A DNA stretch of 64,000 nt from Thermoplasmata archaeon (GCA_046761005.1 JBHIFI010000001.1:11908-75907), one strand, 5' to 3'. Positions 50,688 through 60,566 are shown, counted from the stretch's first letter. Numbers and translations: made by a program. Notes: generated by a model from the sequence alone, not told the origin.

Positions 50688-50791
50688 GCTCCCGTAGTGT
50701 AGTCCGGCCAATCATCTCGGCCTCTCGCGGTTTTCGTTTTGGCGGGAATCGGGGATAGCCGAAGACAGGGGTTCGAATCCCCTCGGGAGCA
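50688..50791 (+). tRNA. tRNA-Glu(CUC) with a 29-nt canonical intron between positions 37 and 38
   Basis: acceptor stem GCTCCCG/CGGGAGC; D-arm TAGTGTAGTCCGGCCAATCAT (archaeal tRNA-Glu type); anticodon stem TCGGC/GCCGA; loop C-T-CTC-G|intron|A; T-arm AGGGG-TTCGAAT-CCCCT; discriminator A; no encoded CCA. Confidence 0.8.
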
Positions 50792-50942
50792 TACTCGTGT
50801 CGCGATTAGGAATCTAGCTGGAAAATGGTCTCCGCGAAACAGTTTTCTTCCTTGATGAAGAGATTCAGAATAGGAAGGAGACAGGATCTGTAATGGCACA
50901 GTTGGCAATCTTCCTATTGGCTTAGCGAAGAGTCTACCCAGG

Positions 50943-51500
50943 ATGCAGTTTTGGAATATATTGAAATATTGTCGAGACCAATATATTACTCAAGGGGGGT
51001 GGCTTGTGCTGGAGGTCGCTACTCGTCTAGATGGAAACATCAGACTTCAAGAAGGCTCCAAGGAATATCTTGTAATCCCAACCGGTACGCAGTATTCTGA
51101 GCTGGCAAGAGTGCTCAAGAAGCTCATTGCTCTCAGTTATGACATCGTCGGTGATTCAGGAGAAATCCTGAGCATTGTGCGACACAGCGTATTTGCGAAC
51201 CGTGTCCATATTCTCAAGCAAGGAGAAGAAACAGTTCTGGAACTGCCCTATTTGAAGGATAGGTCTTTCTATTACAGGGGAAAGAAGTACGAACTAAGGA
51301 TAAGAAAAATGAGAGGTGAAATCTGTATCGAACGAGACGGGCAACCTGTAGCCTGGGGAAAATATTCCCTCTCGAGAGTTCGATTTATGAGATATGAGAG
51401 GGAGATAGAGGACATCATAAAAGAGATCGCCGTCGGTATAGGAATAAACCTTGCGGGTGTTCAGATATTTGTCCTTGGGTTTCTAGCGGGAGCTGCATAG
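50943..51500 (+). CDS. hypothetical protein with a C-terminal hydrophobic helix
   Basis: 185-aa ORF; no recognisable motif. Confidence 0.4.
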   Translation: MQFWNILKYCRDQYITQGGWLVLEVATRLDGNIRLQEGSKEYLVIPTGTQYSELARVLKKLIALSYDIVGDSGEILSIVRHSVFANRVHILKQGEETVLELPYLKDRSFYYRGKKYELRIRKMRGEICIERDGQPVAWGKYSLSRVRFMRYEREIEDIIKEIAVGIGINLAGVQIFVLGFLAGAA

Positions 51501-51694
51501 TCCTTTGACTTTGATCCATAAGAAACAAGACACTATTCAGTGCTTGGGGAGCGCACTGCCTTGAACAATCACAAAGTTTGGATTGCCACCCTGAACGATT
51601 TTGGGAACGTTCCCGTCGAGGGATTAGGACCGTGTTCAAGGCGCCCTGCAAAAGTCTCAGTAGTATGAATCCGAGGGATCTCTGATCTGGCGGC

Positions 51695-52720
51695 TTATTT
51701 CTGGGGTTTAATGATAACCTTGAGCGAGTCACCAGCCTTCCGAACGAGTTCAAAACCTTTGGCGGTATCTTCAAGGCCGAACCTGTGGGTTATCATCTCT
51801 TGAACGCGAATCTTTCGGGAGGAGATTAGATCGATAGCGTCCCTGATGTCCTCGGGACTGGCTGCGTAGGATGTTGTTATCGTGATGTTCTTGAACCAAA
51901 GCTCGTTGAATGGCATCGAAATCACCGTTTCAGGATCGGTCGGTGCGAAGAAGAGAATGGAACCGCCCAGCTCAACGCAGGACAATGCCCGCTCTATTGC
52001 CTTTTTCGCTCCTGTGGACACAATCACGACATCCGCCAAAAGCCCCTCAAATAGCTCTCTCAACAGATTCGGGACATCCTCATTTGCATGAAATGCGGCA
52101 TCCGCCCCAAACTTGTGGGCCATTGAAAGACGGTATTCGCTTATGTCGGTGCAAGCAACGCTCCGAACTCCCCGAACCTTCGCCAGCTGTAGATGGAGGA
52201 GTCCCGTAAGTCCGCTTCCAATTATGAGAACGTTGCTATCCTTCACCCCGTCGATTTTATTCTGACCTCTGATGACGCATCCCAGAGGTTCTATGAAGGC
52301 ACCCTCCTCGTATGAGATCTCATCAGGGAGCGGAAAGACTCCATGCTTCACATTGCTGGATGGAACCCTGATGTACTCAGAGAACCCGCCAGGGTCGAAG
52401 TTTGTCGTCCTGAGTGTTTCGCACACCGTATGGTGCCCTCTCCGACAGAATCGACATTCCATGCACGGAACATGATGGGAGACGAAGACGCGCTGTCCCG
52501 TCTCATATCCGCTTACTTCGCTACCTACTTGAGCTATATCTCCTGCAATCTCATGCCCAAGGACGCGGGGAGCCTTCTCAATTCGATACCATTCCATGAC
52601 ATCGCTGCCACATATCCCGCTCGCCATGACCTTGACGAGAAGCTCATCCTCTCCGATTGTGGGCTTTGGAATCTCCTCGAGCCTGATGTCCTGATTGCTG
52701 TAGTACATAGCGACTCGCAT
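51695..52720 (-). CDS. zinc-dependent medium-chain alcohol/threonine dehydrogenase family protein
   Basis: GICGSDVMEW...GHEIAGDI catalytic Zn site; structural Zn Cys cluster (CMECRFCRRGHHTVC); GSGLTGL NAD motif. Confidence 0.8.
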   Translation of the reverse strand: MRVAMYYSNQDIRLEEIPKPTIGEDELLVKVMASGICGSDVMEWYRIEKAPRVLGHEIAGDIAQVGSEVSGYETGQRVFVSHHVPCMECRFCRRGHHTVCETLRTTNFDPGGFSEYIRVPSSNVKHGVFPLPDEISYEEGAFIEPLGCVIRGQNKIDGVKDSNVLIIGSGLTGLLHLQLAKVRGVRSVACTDISEYRLSMAHKFGADAAFHANEDVPNLLRELFEGLLADVVIVSTGAKKAIERALSCVELGGSILFFAPTDPETVISMPFNELWFKNITITTSYAASPEDIRDAIDLISSRKIRVQEMITHRFGLEDTAKGFELVRKAGDSLKVIIKPQK

Positions 52721-52773
52721 GGCTTCCTCTCCCTCAATGAATGCTCCTGGTCTGTCGAAGAGAATGTGAGAAG

Positions 52774-53571
52774 CTAGGCTTCACCGCTCTTTGCGCTATT
52801 GAAGATGTCCATCGCTTCCTTGGGTGTAGCGTTATCGTGGACAATCGCCCGCACAGCCTTTATCATGGGGACGGAGTTCTCATTCTGCCATATGTTCCGA
52901 CCCATATCGACTCCTACCGCGCCCGTCTGAATGGCATTGTGCGTCATCTCGAAGGCATCCATCTCCGTCTCTAATTTCGGACCGCCAGCGATTACAATCG
53001 GAACTGGGCAGCCCTCGACAACCTTATGGAAATCCTCGCAATAGTATGTCTTCACCATGTGAGCTCCGAGTTCTGCCGCTATCCTGGAGGCCAATCCAAG
53101 ATATCGCGCGTCTCTCTTTTTCAGTTCTCTGCCCACTGCAGTGACCGCCAACACAGGTATGCCGTACTCCTCGCCCTGATTGACGAGCTCGGACAGGCTG
53201 AGCAGTGTTTGCCGCTCATGGGGTGTTCCCACGAATATGGAAAGAGCCACAGCAGCTGCGTTCAGGCGAATTGCCTCATGCATAGAAGTGGTAATCCCTT
53301 CGTTTGCAAGGTTTTCCCCGACTATGCTCGTTCCCCCCGACACTCGGAGGACAATTGGATTGTCGATTGTGGCTGCGACGGAAGAACGAAGCACGCCCCT
53401 GGTGAGCATTATGGAGTCTGCGTATGGAATGAGCGGATCCAGTGTCTTCTTCGGTTGTTCCAACTTCGTCATTGGGCCCAAGAAATAGCCATGGTCGATC
53501 GCCAGCATAACGGTGTGCCCAGTTTTCGGCTTAAGTATTCGTGACAAACGATTTTTCATTCCCCAGTCCAT
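52774..53571 (-). CDS. DhnA-type class I aldolase (fructose-bisphosphate aldolase FbaB / ADH synthase AroA' family)
   Basis: 265 aa; TIM-barrel; HMVKTYY Schiff-base Lys region typical of the DhnA family. Confidence 0.7.
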   Translation of the reverse strand: MDWGMKNRLSRILKPKTGHTVMLAIDHGYFLGPMTKLEQPKKTLDPLIPYADSIMLTRGVLRSSVAATIDNPIVLRVSGGTSIVGENLANEGITTSMHEAIRLNAAAVALSIFVGTPHERQTLLSLSELVNQGEEYGIPVLAVTAVGRELKKRDARYLGLASRIAAELGAHMVKTYYCEDFHKVVEGCPVPIVIAGGPKLETEMDAFEMTHNAIQTGAVGVDMGRNIWQNENSVPMIKAVRAIVHDNATPKEAMDIFNSAKSGEA

Positions 53572-53697
53572 TTTTCATCCCCTCCCAGTTAAGAATGGGA
53601 TATCAAGCTGTTTCTCGATAAGGAATGGCGATATTTATCCTTTTGTCACCCCTACAGTTCTGGCAGAACGCCCGCCAAATACTATACCTCGCCTCCG

Positions 53698-54399
53698 CTA
53701 TTCCAGAATTCCCGCCACGAGACCTTCGGGAATATGCTTGACCGCTTTTCTCAGCTGATCCGTGTCTAGCTTCCTCGCGTTTTTCCTGAGAAAAGACGCT
53801 ACCGCCTTTGGTTCGCTTTTCCCCAGTTCTCGTAGGACCCAGCCGAGGGACTTCCTCACAAAATATTCATCGTCTTCGAGGAGACTATGAACCATGTCTA
53901 TGACCAACCTCGGATCGGAGCGTCCTTCTCTGTTGGCTGGTATGGTCGATGTCACCGCTCCCCGCCTTCTCCAGAAATTGGGCGATTGAACCCAGCTTGA
54001 CACCCGAGATGTTATATCGTCATCTCTAAACATGAACTCTGAGAGGACGAAGACTGAGATGTCGTCGCAGTTTGCCCAGTTGTCAACATCATCATACCAT
54101 TTGCTTATTAAATCGAACGAACTCCTGTCAAGCCTCCCCCTGAACTTCTTCAATATAGATGCCGCCAGGCTTCTTGCCTCAAGAATGTCTGCATGCCAGA
54201 GCTCGTCAACGACTTGATGTATGTCCTCAAGCTCAGAGTCCCTGTGGGATGCTGCGTATTTCGAGGCCAATGAGTGAATCGTCGGTTTTCTTACGCCGAA
54301 ACTCTCGAGGCGAGTGCCAATATATCTTTCCGCAACCCAGGATGGCTGCTCAACTCTGTTCTTCTTGAGTTCCTCTATGAGACATTGAGTCTCCTTCAC
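53698..54399 (-). CDS. DNA alkylation repair protein (AlkC/AlkD-like HEAT-repeat glycosylase family)
   Basis: 233 aa, all-alpha; DNWANCDDISVFVL and WVLRELGK blocks resemble the DNA_alkylation (PF08713) consensus. Confidence 0.55.
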   Translation of the reverse strand: MKETQCLIEELKKNRVEQPSWVAERYIGTRLESFGVRKPTIHSLASKYAASHRDSELEDIHQVVDELWHADILEARSLAASILKKFRGRLDRSSFDLISKWYDDVDNWANCDDISVFVLSEFMFRDDDITSRVSSWVQSPNFWRRRGAVTSTIPANREGRSDPRLVIDMVHSLLEDDEYFVRKSLGWVLRELGKSEPKAVASFLRKNARKLDTDQLRKAVKHIPEGLVAGILE

Positions 54400-54448
54400 G
54401 GGAATGGGATGAGCGCTCGCATATTAAACTGCTTTTTCCCGGCATGTA

Positions 54449-54688
54449 TCACTTGAGCGCCTGGACTTTCGTCTTTGATAGCCTCTCTTGTGTCTCGGAT
54501 AGTGACCTTAATCTCGGAATATCTTCCCTCTCTACATACGACTCAGCGTATCCACAATTCTCGCAAACGATGAGTGCCAGAGGCCATTTCTGCTCCACAG
54601 TCGATCCACCTGGCCTGTAAGGAGCAAATAGAGACACCTGAAGGCTCGTCTTAGTGCCACTCCCACACTTGACGCAAGATTCCGCCAT
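54449..54688 (-). CDS. zinc-ribbon domain protein
   Basis: CVKCGS...CENCGY four-Cys ribbon; 79 aa. Confidence 0.45.
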   Translation of the reverse strand: MAESCVKCGSGTKTSLQVSLFAPYRPGGSTVEQKWPLALIVCENCGYAESYVEREDIPRLRSLSETQERLSKTKVQALK

Positions 54689-54767
54689 GAGATCCTCGTT
54701 CGAATAGATCCCTCGGGCTTACAAAAGGTTTCCTCTCGTTCGTCGGCAATCCCAAGACAAGCTATTC

Positions 54768-55499
54768 CTAGGGTGGAGGCGGAGGATCCTCCTGAGGCTG
54801 AACTTCTGGCGGTCCGGTTTGACTTGGCGGGTGGATGGTTTGATACGCAGGAGCTTGCTCGGCTGGAGGCGCATGAACGGGCTCGATTTCCAAATCCTTT
54901 GGCTTGACTCTAACTTTGATGGTCTCGGGCTTGGGCTTTATCAGATTCCAACCTGCCTTCGTGACATAGCCTCCAACCACGACCATAGCGAAAAATAGCC
55001 CAACAACGAGAACCGCCAAAGCAAGCGGTAGGAGTATCCTTATGAAATCAATATTCGATTCGAACCCACCAAACTCAGGTTGACTCCTCCCGCTCAGTGC
55101 GGTGTTATTATCAACCTCCACAAGGCCAAAGGCTGAGCTACTCTTTCCATTCTCATCTTCCACAGTCAGGTAAACGGTGTAGGCTCGTTCATCAGGGTAT
55201 ACTTTCGTCGGGTTCTGGAGATTGGATTGATTCCCATCCCCAAAGTCCCAATCCCAGAGCACGATATCCGCATCACCTCTCCTTGATGCATCCTCAAAAA
55301 TGACTTCGTAGTTGTCAGTTGTCCAACTAAAGGAAGCGCTCGGTCCCTCCACGACCTCTTCTTCGGGCAATTGATCCTCAAAGAATTTGCCTGGCGAGGA
55401 GGCCAGCCCGAAGGCAAACAAAAGGACGACGATCAATATGATGATACCGAACACCAGTACTACGGTTCCCAGCACAAGTTCGTATCTCTCTCTATCCAT
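54768..55499 (-). CDS. membrane protein with PKD domain and Pro-rich C-terminus
   Basis: N-terminal TM helix, PKD-like segment (WDWDFGDG...YTVYLTVEDENG), second TM helix, PPPPP tail. Confidence 0.55.
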   Translation of the reverse strand: MDRERYELVLGTVVLVFGIIILIVVLLFAFGLASSPGKFFEDQLPEEEVVEGPSASFSWTTDNYEVIFEDASRRGDADIVLWDWDFGDGNQSNLQNPTKVYPDERAYTVYLTVEDENGKSSSAFGLVEVDNNTALSGRSQPEFGGFESNIDFIRILLPLALAVLVVGLFFAMVVVGGYVTKAGWNLIKPKPETIKVRVKPKDLEIEPVHAPPAEQAPAYQTIHPPSQTGPPEVQPQEDPPPPP

Positions 55500-55599
55500 G
55501 GAAATCGAGGAAACGAGAAATCGAGACGTATATAATGGTGAGGTGGTGATTCTCGCAATTGCGAGTTCTATTTGCCATAGCAGGCATCTCAGATTCTTA

Positions 55600-56220
55600 C
55601 TATTGGCCAGTGCTCTCTCTTTTCAAAGCGGGTTTCCGAATCATTCGGGATGAGAAACCGTCATCGTCAACCAGGTCATCAATCTTCGGTTCTGAGCAAT
55701 CACACACGACCTCACCCACTTCAAGGACTCTGGCTGCCTCGGCCAAACAGTTATTGAACATCCTTAACCATTCCGAATCAGTGTCATCCTTGAACCACTC
55801 ATCGGAATTCAGTTCAAGTGTGATGTAATGGTAACCATCTTCGTCAATGCCCACGAAGATGGAGGAATCAGCTCCATCTCCTGGAACTTCCAGCTCTTCT
55901 AAGAGAAAACCGCTCGTTTTCCTCACCTTGCTCTTGCAAAGTACAGTCATTGGCTGGTCGGCGTACCCGTATTCCTTGACAATCGCAGGGATTATTCCAA
56001 TGCTCTCTAGAGTGATTTTCACATCTCCCGTCTTTCGGTACATTTCGAGTTTGAGAGGTGTGAAGAAAGGAGAGAACATGTTGCAGAATTCAGCGGCAAG
56101 AATCTCCATCTCTCTCGTGGCGGGGATATCGTTGAAGCCCCACCTGACCAGGCTCTTTTCGTGCCAAGTCAAGATTTCCCCTCCGACTCTTTCTGGGAAG
56201 TCAATAGGGGTATAGCCCAA
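55600..56220 (-). CDS. hypothetical protein
   Basis: 206-aa ORF, acidic; 30-nt spacing to the upstream radical-SAM gene. Confidence 0.4.
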   Translation of the reverse strand: MGYTPIDFPERVGGEILTWHEKSLVRWGFNDIPATREMEILAAEFCNMFSPFFTPLKLEMYRKTGDVKITLESIGIIPAIVKEYGYADQPMTVLCKSKVRKTSGFLLEELEVPGDGADSSIFVGIDEDGYHYITLELNSDEWFKDDTDSEWLRMFNNCLAEAARVLEVGEVVCDCSEPKIDDLVDDDGFSSRMIRKPALKRESTGQ

Positions 56221-56250
56221 GGGATACCTAAAGTTGTTGGAGGCTTCTTC

Positions 56251-57150
56251 CTATCGATTCCAACTGTCCAAACTTGCCTGTTTGCTCCATCCTTCATCGA
56301 AGACAGGCCTCGGGATTCTCTCATCAATGTCATATCTCTTGCACAGATCAGAAGCTCTCTTCATTATCTCGTTTGTATAGTCCCGCCTCGGCTCATAGGA
56401 ATTTCCAGCATATAGGTCTTCATACCTGTCAACCAGCTCGGGAAAGTTCTCTCTCAGGAAATCCATGAGCCAATCTCTCTGCCAGCTCTCCATTGTCATG
56501 GAAGCACATAGGACGAATTTGGCACCGTTCTCCTTTGCGGTTGCTATGGTCTCTTCCATCATCTCGATGCTGTCAGTGATGTATGGAACAATCGGCATGT
56601 AAGAGAGACCAACGAGAAATCCTCGCTTCGCGAGTTCCCTTATCGCCCTCATCCTGCTACGCGGTGAAGGAGCTCTGAACTCAAGAAGCCGAGATAGACC
56701 CTCATCCACTGTTGAGAAGGAGAAAGAGATACAGCACCACGTTTGCTTTCTAATATCTTCCAGAATGTCGAGGTCTTTCATCAGGTATGGCGACCTCTCT
56801 ACTATGTGCACTGGAAAACGGAGATCGCGAACGACCTTCAGCATCTTTCTGGAGAGGCCGAACTTCTTCTCCGCGGGCTGGTAGTCACCCGTCACAATGA
56901 CATTCCTCTCCACCCGCGGGAGTTCCTTACGCAGCAGTCGGTGCGCGTTTATCTTGACCTTTATCCTCTCTGCGAAATCAGTGGGGTCTGGATACTGCAT
57001 GTACTTCTCCGCCCTTGAATAGCAGAAGTGACAGCCATGGAAGCATCCAACATACGGATGGGCTGCATACTTGTTCCAATACCAGCCCTCATCGACTTTC
57101 TTATGAACGATAAGAATCCTCTTCGCCCTGTATACCTCATATTCCACCAT
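56251..57150 (-). CDS. radical SAM protein, SPL/SplB-like (COG1533 'DNA repair photolyase') family, paralog A
   Basis: HPYVGCFHGCHFCYS (CxxxCxxC cluster in the SPL-family context PY-GC-HGC-YCY). Confidence 0.7.
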   Translation of the reverse strand: MVEYEVYRAKRILIVHKKVDEGWYWNKYAAHPYVGCFHGCHFCYSRAEKYMQYPDPTDFAERIKVKINAHRLLRKELPRVERNVIVTGDYQPAEKKFGLSRKMLKVVRDLRFPVHIVERSPYLMKDLDILEDIRKQTWCCISFSFSTVDEGLSRLLEFRAPSPRSRMRAIRELAKRGFLVGLSYMPIVPYITDSIEMMEETIATAKENGAKFVLCASMTMESWQRDWLMDFLRENFPELVDRYEDLYAGNSYEPRRDYTNEIMKRASDLCKRYDIDERIPRPVFDEGWSKQASLDSWNR

Positions 57151-58034
57151 TACTTCTTTCTCCTACGACGCGAACGCTTTTTCTTTCCGAAGAGTTCTTT
57201 TCTTCTGGCTTCAAGGAGGTCATCGTTCTTGCCCGTGTATCCGGCAGAGGTGAGAACCTTGACCTTTGACCTCTTCGCGGACTCGAAAACGTCGGGAATT
57301 CTTTCCACCCAGTTCTTCTCTCTGAGCAAATGGTGATCTATTATGAGCGTGCGCAAGTCCGAATCCTCGATGAGGCGTACAGTATTCTTTCGAGAGAGTT
57401 CCATATTCTTCTTCCCGTAGGTTCCCATCATATAGCTCAGGGGACCGTCCATCATGACCGTCTGAGGATTTTGCTCCATTATGAAGTCGATTTGATTACG
57501 AGCGCACCCGCCAACAATATCCGATGTGTGGACGAAGGCGTAGTTGCCCTCACGGACACAGACCTCAAGGACATAGCCCATTCTCTCTTTTGCACCGTGC
57601 ACCACTGGCTTGGAGAAAATGATCTTCGTTCTTCCGAATTGGAATTCCTCACCATCCGCGATTGTGATGTCCTTGGCATATTTCTGAATCAGCTTGGCGA
57701 ACCTTCTACCCCTCCTTTTCTGATTGGTATTTGTCTTTTTCTCGTAGTCCTTCAGAAGTGCGATTTTCCCTCGAAAGACGCTCGGCGCATCGGGATTGTG
57801 ATGATCATAGTGGTAGTGACTGACAGTGATCACTTTTGCCTTTCTTGCTTTATCCCTGATTCCCCTCCACATCTCCGCCCTTCTCTTCTTCTCCAATGTA
57901 TGAGGAGGTAGACCGAATCTCTTGGGAGCGAGTCGTACATTGGGGTCTACGAGGATCCTGCAGTCTCTTGTTTCGAGATAGGTCGCCATACTCCTCGCAC
58001 CCATGCTGTCAGCTGCCAAAGGCATGATTCTCAT
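57150..58034 (-). CDS. metallo-beta-lactamase-fold protein with polybasic C-terminal tail (UPF0282-like)
   Basis: ILVDPNV then VSHYHYDHH (HxHxDH); C-terminus KKKRSRRRRKK. Confidence 0.6.
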   Translation of the reverse strand: MRIMPLAADSMGARSMATYLETRDCRILVDPNVRLAPKRFGLPPHTLEKKRRAEMWRGIRDKARKAKVITVSHYHYDHHNPDAPSVFRGKIALLKDYEKKTNTNQKRRGRRFAKLIQKYAKDITIADGEEFQFGRTKIIFSKPVVHGAKERMGYVLEVCVREGNYAFVHTSDIVGGCARNQIDFIMEQNPQTVMMDGPLSYMMGTYGKKNMELSRKNTVRLIEDSDLRTLIIDHHLLREKNWVERIPDVFESAKRSKVKVLTSAGYTGKNDDLLEARRKELFGKKKRSRRRRKK

Positions 58035-58792
58035 GGTCGCACGGCCCTCAACCAGACCTGTTCTCCTCTTCTCCTGAAGCCCATCTCCTCAGTGAGTCTT
58101 ATGGAAGGCTCGTTATCTGTGAATATGTGGCAGATTGGCGTTTTGCCCTTCTCGAAGACAGCATTTATCATTGTCGTAGCAATAGACATAGCGAATCCTC
58201 TCTGTCTGAATCCTTCTTTCACATAGAGAAACCCAAGCATGACGACTTCATCTGTCTCGAGATGGGTGGCATCCCATGCGACAAGCTCACCATCAACCCT
58301 TATGCCATAGGAGAGGCCCTTTTCTATCCTTCTGCGAATGTAGTGAGTGGAATCCTCGCCTGGGTTCCAATATCGATTGATTGTATCAGCATCCTCCGGT
58401 CTCAACGCGGAGACCTCATGTCGGACCTCCCCTCTAAGGTCCTTTCTCGCAAGAGTGTAGAGCCAGGAAGGGTTGTCCCAGATCACCCTGAAACCCTCTC
58501 GAATCAGGTCAGCGATGTTTCTGTCGACAGCGTGAAATCTGTATTCCTTCCCGCCTTCAAGATGATCGAGGAGCATGCGGATGGCTTCTTCCTTCTTCCC
58601 GACCATGGATATGAGTGTCGGTTGATGGTAGCTCATTGTCATGAGCGCTCGCGGGTCTTCCATTGCGTCGACGAGAATCTCCTGCTCTCCAGTGGAGGTG
58701 TGGAACACTCGATATATAGGAAGCGCATTCCAGAGCGGATCGGTGTAGAGAAGGCCTCTTGCCTTTATTTTTAACCTCAACCTCTCCGCCAT
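58031..58792 (-). CDS. GNAT acetyltransferase domain protein with an N-terminal uncharacterised domain
   Basis: C-terminal VMLGFLYVKEGFRQRGFAMSIATTMIN resembles the GNAT motif A. Confidence 0.5.
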   Translation of the reverse strand: MAERLRLKIKARGLLYTDPLWNALPIYRVFHTSTGEQEILVDAMEDPRALMTMSYHQPTLISMVGKKEEAIRMLLDHLEGGKEYRFHAVDRNIADLIREGFRVIWDNPSWLYTLARKDLRGEVRHEVSALRPEDADTINRYWNPGEDSTHYIRRRIEKGLSYGIRVDGELVAWDATHLETDEVVMLGFLYVKEGFRQRGFAMSIATTMINAVFEKGKTPICHIFTDNEPSIRLTEEMGFRRRGEQVWLRAVRP

Positions 58793-58805
58793 TCTTCTTC
58801 ACCGA

Positions 58806-59345
58806 TTATTTGAGCCTGAGTTCCACGTAATAGTGACTTAGCAAGCCAGGGAAATAGCTCGCACGGATATGGCCTCGCCTGGCCTCGTCCGGTGCATCGG
58901 AACCCCATGAGGCTATGTAATGTTCACTATAATTTCCATCCCAAACGGGGTCTACTAGATCCCAAATGAGAACCACTTCATTTCCATCCAGTCCAAATAC
59001 GAGAATATTGTCCTCGAGGCAAAGACATCTCACCTCGTAGAGATGTTTCGTCAGTATGTCACCAGGACCGGAAATCTGATTGAGCACAAGCGCCCCAGAA
59101 CTTTCCGTGACCGTCAAAGTTGCGTTGTATTCGGCGGCGTATTCGAACCCTCCCTTTGGGTCGCCCGCGTCATTGATATAGAAGGAACCCTGGAAGGTAT
59201 GGGAGATAGAGCACTCACAAGCTTCCCCACTTGGTGGCTCGAAGAACAACCACACCCAAGCACCAGGGATGAGTATGATGACCGTGATGGCAACGATAAG
59301 ATGGGTCACCCTGATTTTCACGCGCCTCGAAAGGCGCTCAGGCAA
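58806..59345 (-). CDS. membrane-anchored hypothetical protein (N-terminal TM helix, extracytoplasmic Cys-containing domain)
   Basis: hydrophobic segment LIVAITVIILIPGAWVWLFF then a soluble domain; overlaps the upstream gene by about 28 nt. Confidence 0.4.
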   Translation of the reverse strand: MPERLSRRVKIRVTHLIVAITVIILIPGAWVWLFFEPPSGEACECSISHTFQGSFYINDAGDPKGGFEYAAEYNATLTVTESSGALVLNQISGPGDILTKHLYEVRCLCLEDNILVFGLDGNEVVLIWDLVDPVWDGNYSEHYIASWGSDAPDEARRGHIRASYFPGLLSHYYVELRLK

Positions 59346-60118
59346 TTAATCCCTTTCGTTCTGCAAGCTCGAAATATCTGGTTCGCGATTTTCTCGAAGT
59401 AACCACGGTCATTCTTCAGTATGGACCACCAAGTCTCTTTCATGCCGTGTTCTGTTAGAACAGGTTCGAGCTTTTTCCATGTATCTCTCTTTAGATTCAA
59501 TTTGTCGACCAAGACCTCGGAGGCGTTTGCATCCTTGATGCTGCTCAGGAGCCCTTCCAGATTCTCTTCCGTCACCAGTGGCAGGATTGGACCGATGAAG
59601 GCCCAGGTCCTGATTCCCCGTGAAGAAAGCTCCCTCATTGCTGCAAGTCTTTCATGAGGGGACGAAGCTCCTGGTTCGAATACTCTTCTCCATTTCTCAT
59701 TCAGAGTCGTGAGTGTAAATCCGACGTTGATTTCCTCGAACTTGCAGAGCAACTCAATATCTCGAAGGATTAGAGAAGATTTCGTCTGAATGCTCACGGG
59801 GAAGTCGTTCTTCAGTAAAAGCTCGAGAGACATCCTGGTAATCCTGTACCTCCTCTCAATGGGCTGATAACCGTCCGTCACTGTTCCTATCCCCACGACC
59901 CCCTTCTCTTTTTTCTTGAGCTCTCTCGCGAGGAGGACAGGAAGATTTCTCTTAGCATCGACGAAATCGCCCCAAGGCCTCGTCTCTCGCAAGACAGCAC
60001 TCGCATAACAGTACTTGCATCCGTGAGAACATCCTCTATATGGGTTGAGAGCATATCTATATCCCGGGAGACGCGAGTATGACAATGCGGATTTGCAGCT
60101 AACCTCCCTAATCTTCAT
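59318..60118 (-). CDS. radical SAM protein, SPL/SplB-like family, paralog B
   Basis: NPYRGCSHGCKYCYA cluster, the same family signature as 56251..57150. Confidence 0.7.
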   Translation of the reverse strand: MKIREVSCKSALSYSRLPGYRYALNPYRGCSHGCKYCYASAVLRETRPWGDFVDAKRNLPVLLARELKKKEKGVVGIGTVTDGYQPIERRYRITRMSLELLLKNDFPVSIQTKSSLILRDIELLCKFEEINVGFTLTTLNEKWRRVFEPGASSPHERLAAMRELSSRGIRTWAFIGPILPLVTEENLEGLLSSIKDANASEVLVDKLNLKRDTWKKLEPVLTEHGMKETWWSILKNDRGYFEKIANQIFRACRTKGINCLSAFRGA

Positions 60119-60566
60119 GTTCGACCCCGCTCATCTCCTTCTCGACTTTTCGAATCATCTTCAGGGTCCCTTTCGTAACATCGTAATTATCCAATTCCTC
60201 GAAGCCGATCCATCTGGTTTCCGTCACGTCCGAGGACGGCCTCGCCTCTCCTCGGGAATAATCACACAGCCAATATATGATGACGTAGTGGAACCTAATT
60301 TCAGAGCTGGAATCCACCCCTATGTAATCGTAGTATCCCACCAATCTCAGGGGTGTCACCTTTAGATTAGACTCCTCAAATGCCTCCCGAACGACAGCAT
60401 CTTCGACAGTCTCTCCTAGCTCAACCGCACCTCCGGGTACGCTCCATTTCCCCTTCCCAGGCTCGACGCCTCGCTTGACTATGAGAATTTTTCCTCCCTT
60501 TCTTATGATTGCGCCAACGGACAGGATGGGCCTGAGGGGATACTCCCTCGAGCTAGTTCGTGACAA
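60108..60566 (-). CDS. NUDIX hydrolase
   Basis: Nudix box GGAVELGETVEDAVVREAFEESNL. Confidence 0.8.
   Translation of the reverse strand: MSRTSSREYPLRPILSVGAIIRKGGKILIVKRGVEPGKGKWSVPGGAVELGETVEDAVVREAFEESNLKVTPLRLVGYYDYIGVDSSSEIRFHYVIIYWLCDYSRGEARPSSDVTETRWIGFEELDNYDVTKGTLKMIRKVEKEMSGVEHED

Noticed and set aside
50657-50908. 83-aa minus-strand ORF
   Set aside because: Overlaps the tRNA-Glu gene on the opposite strand. Spurious.
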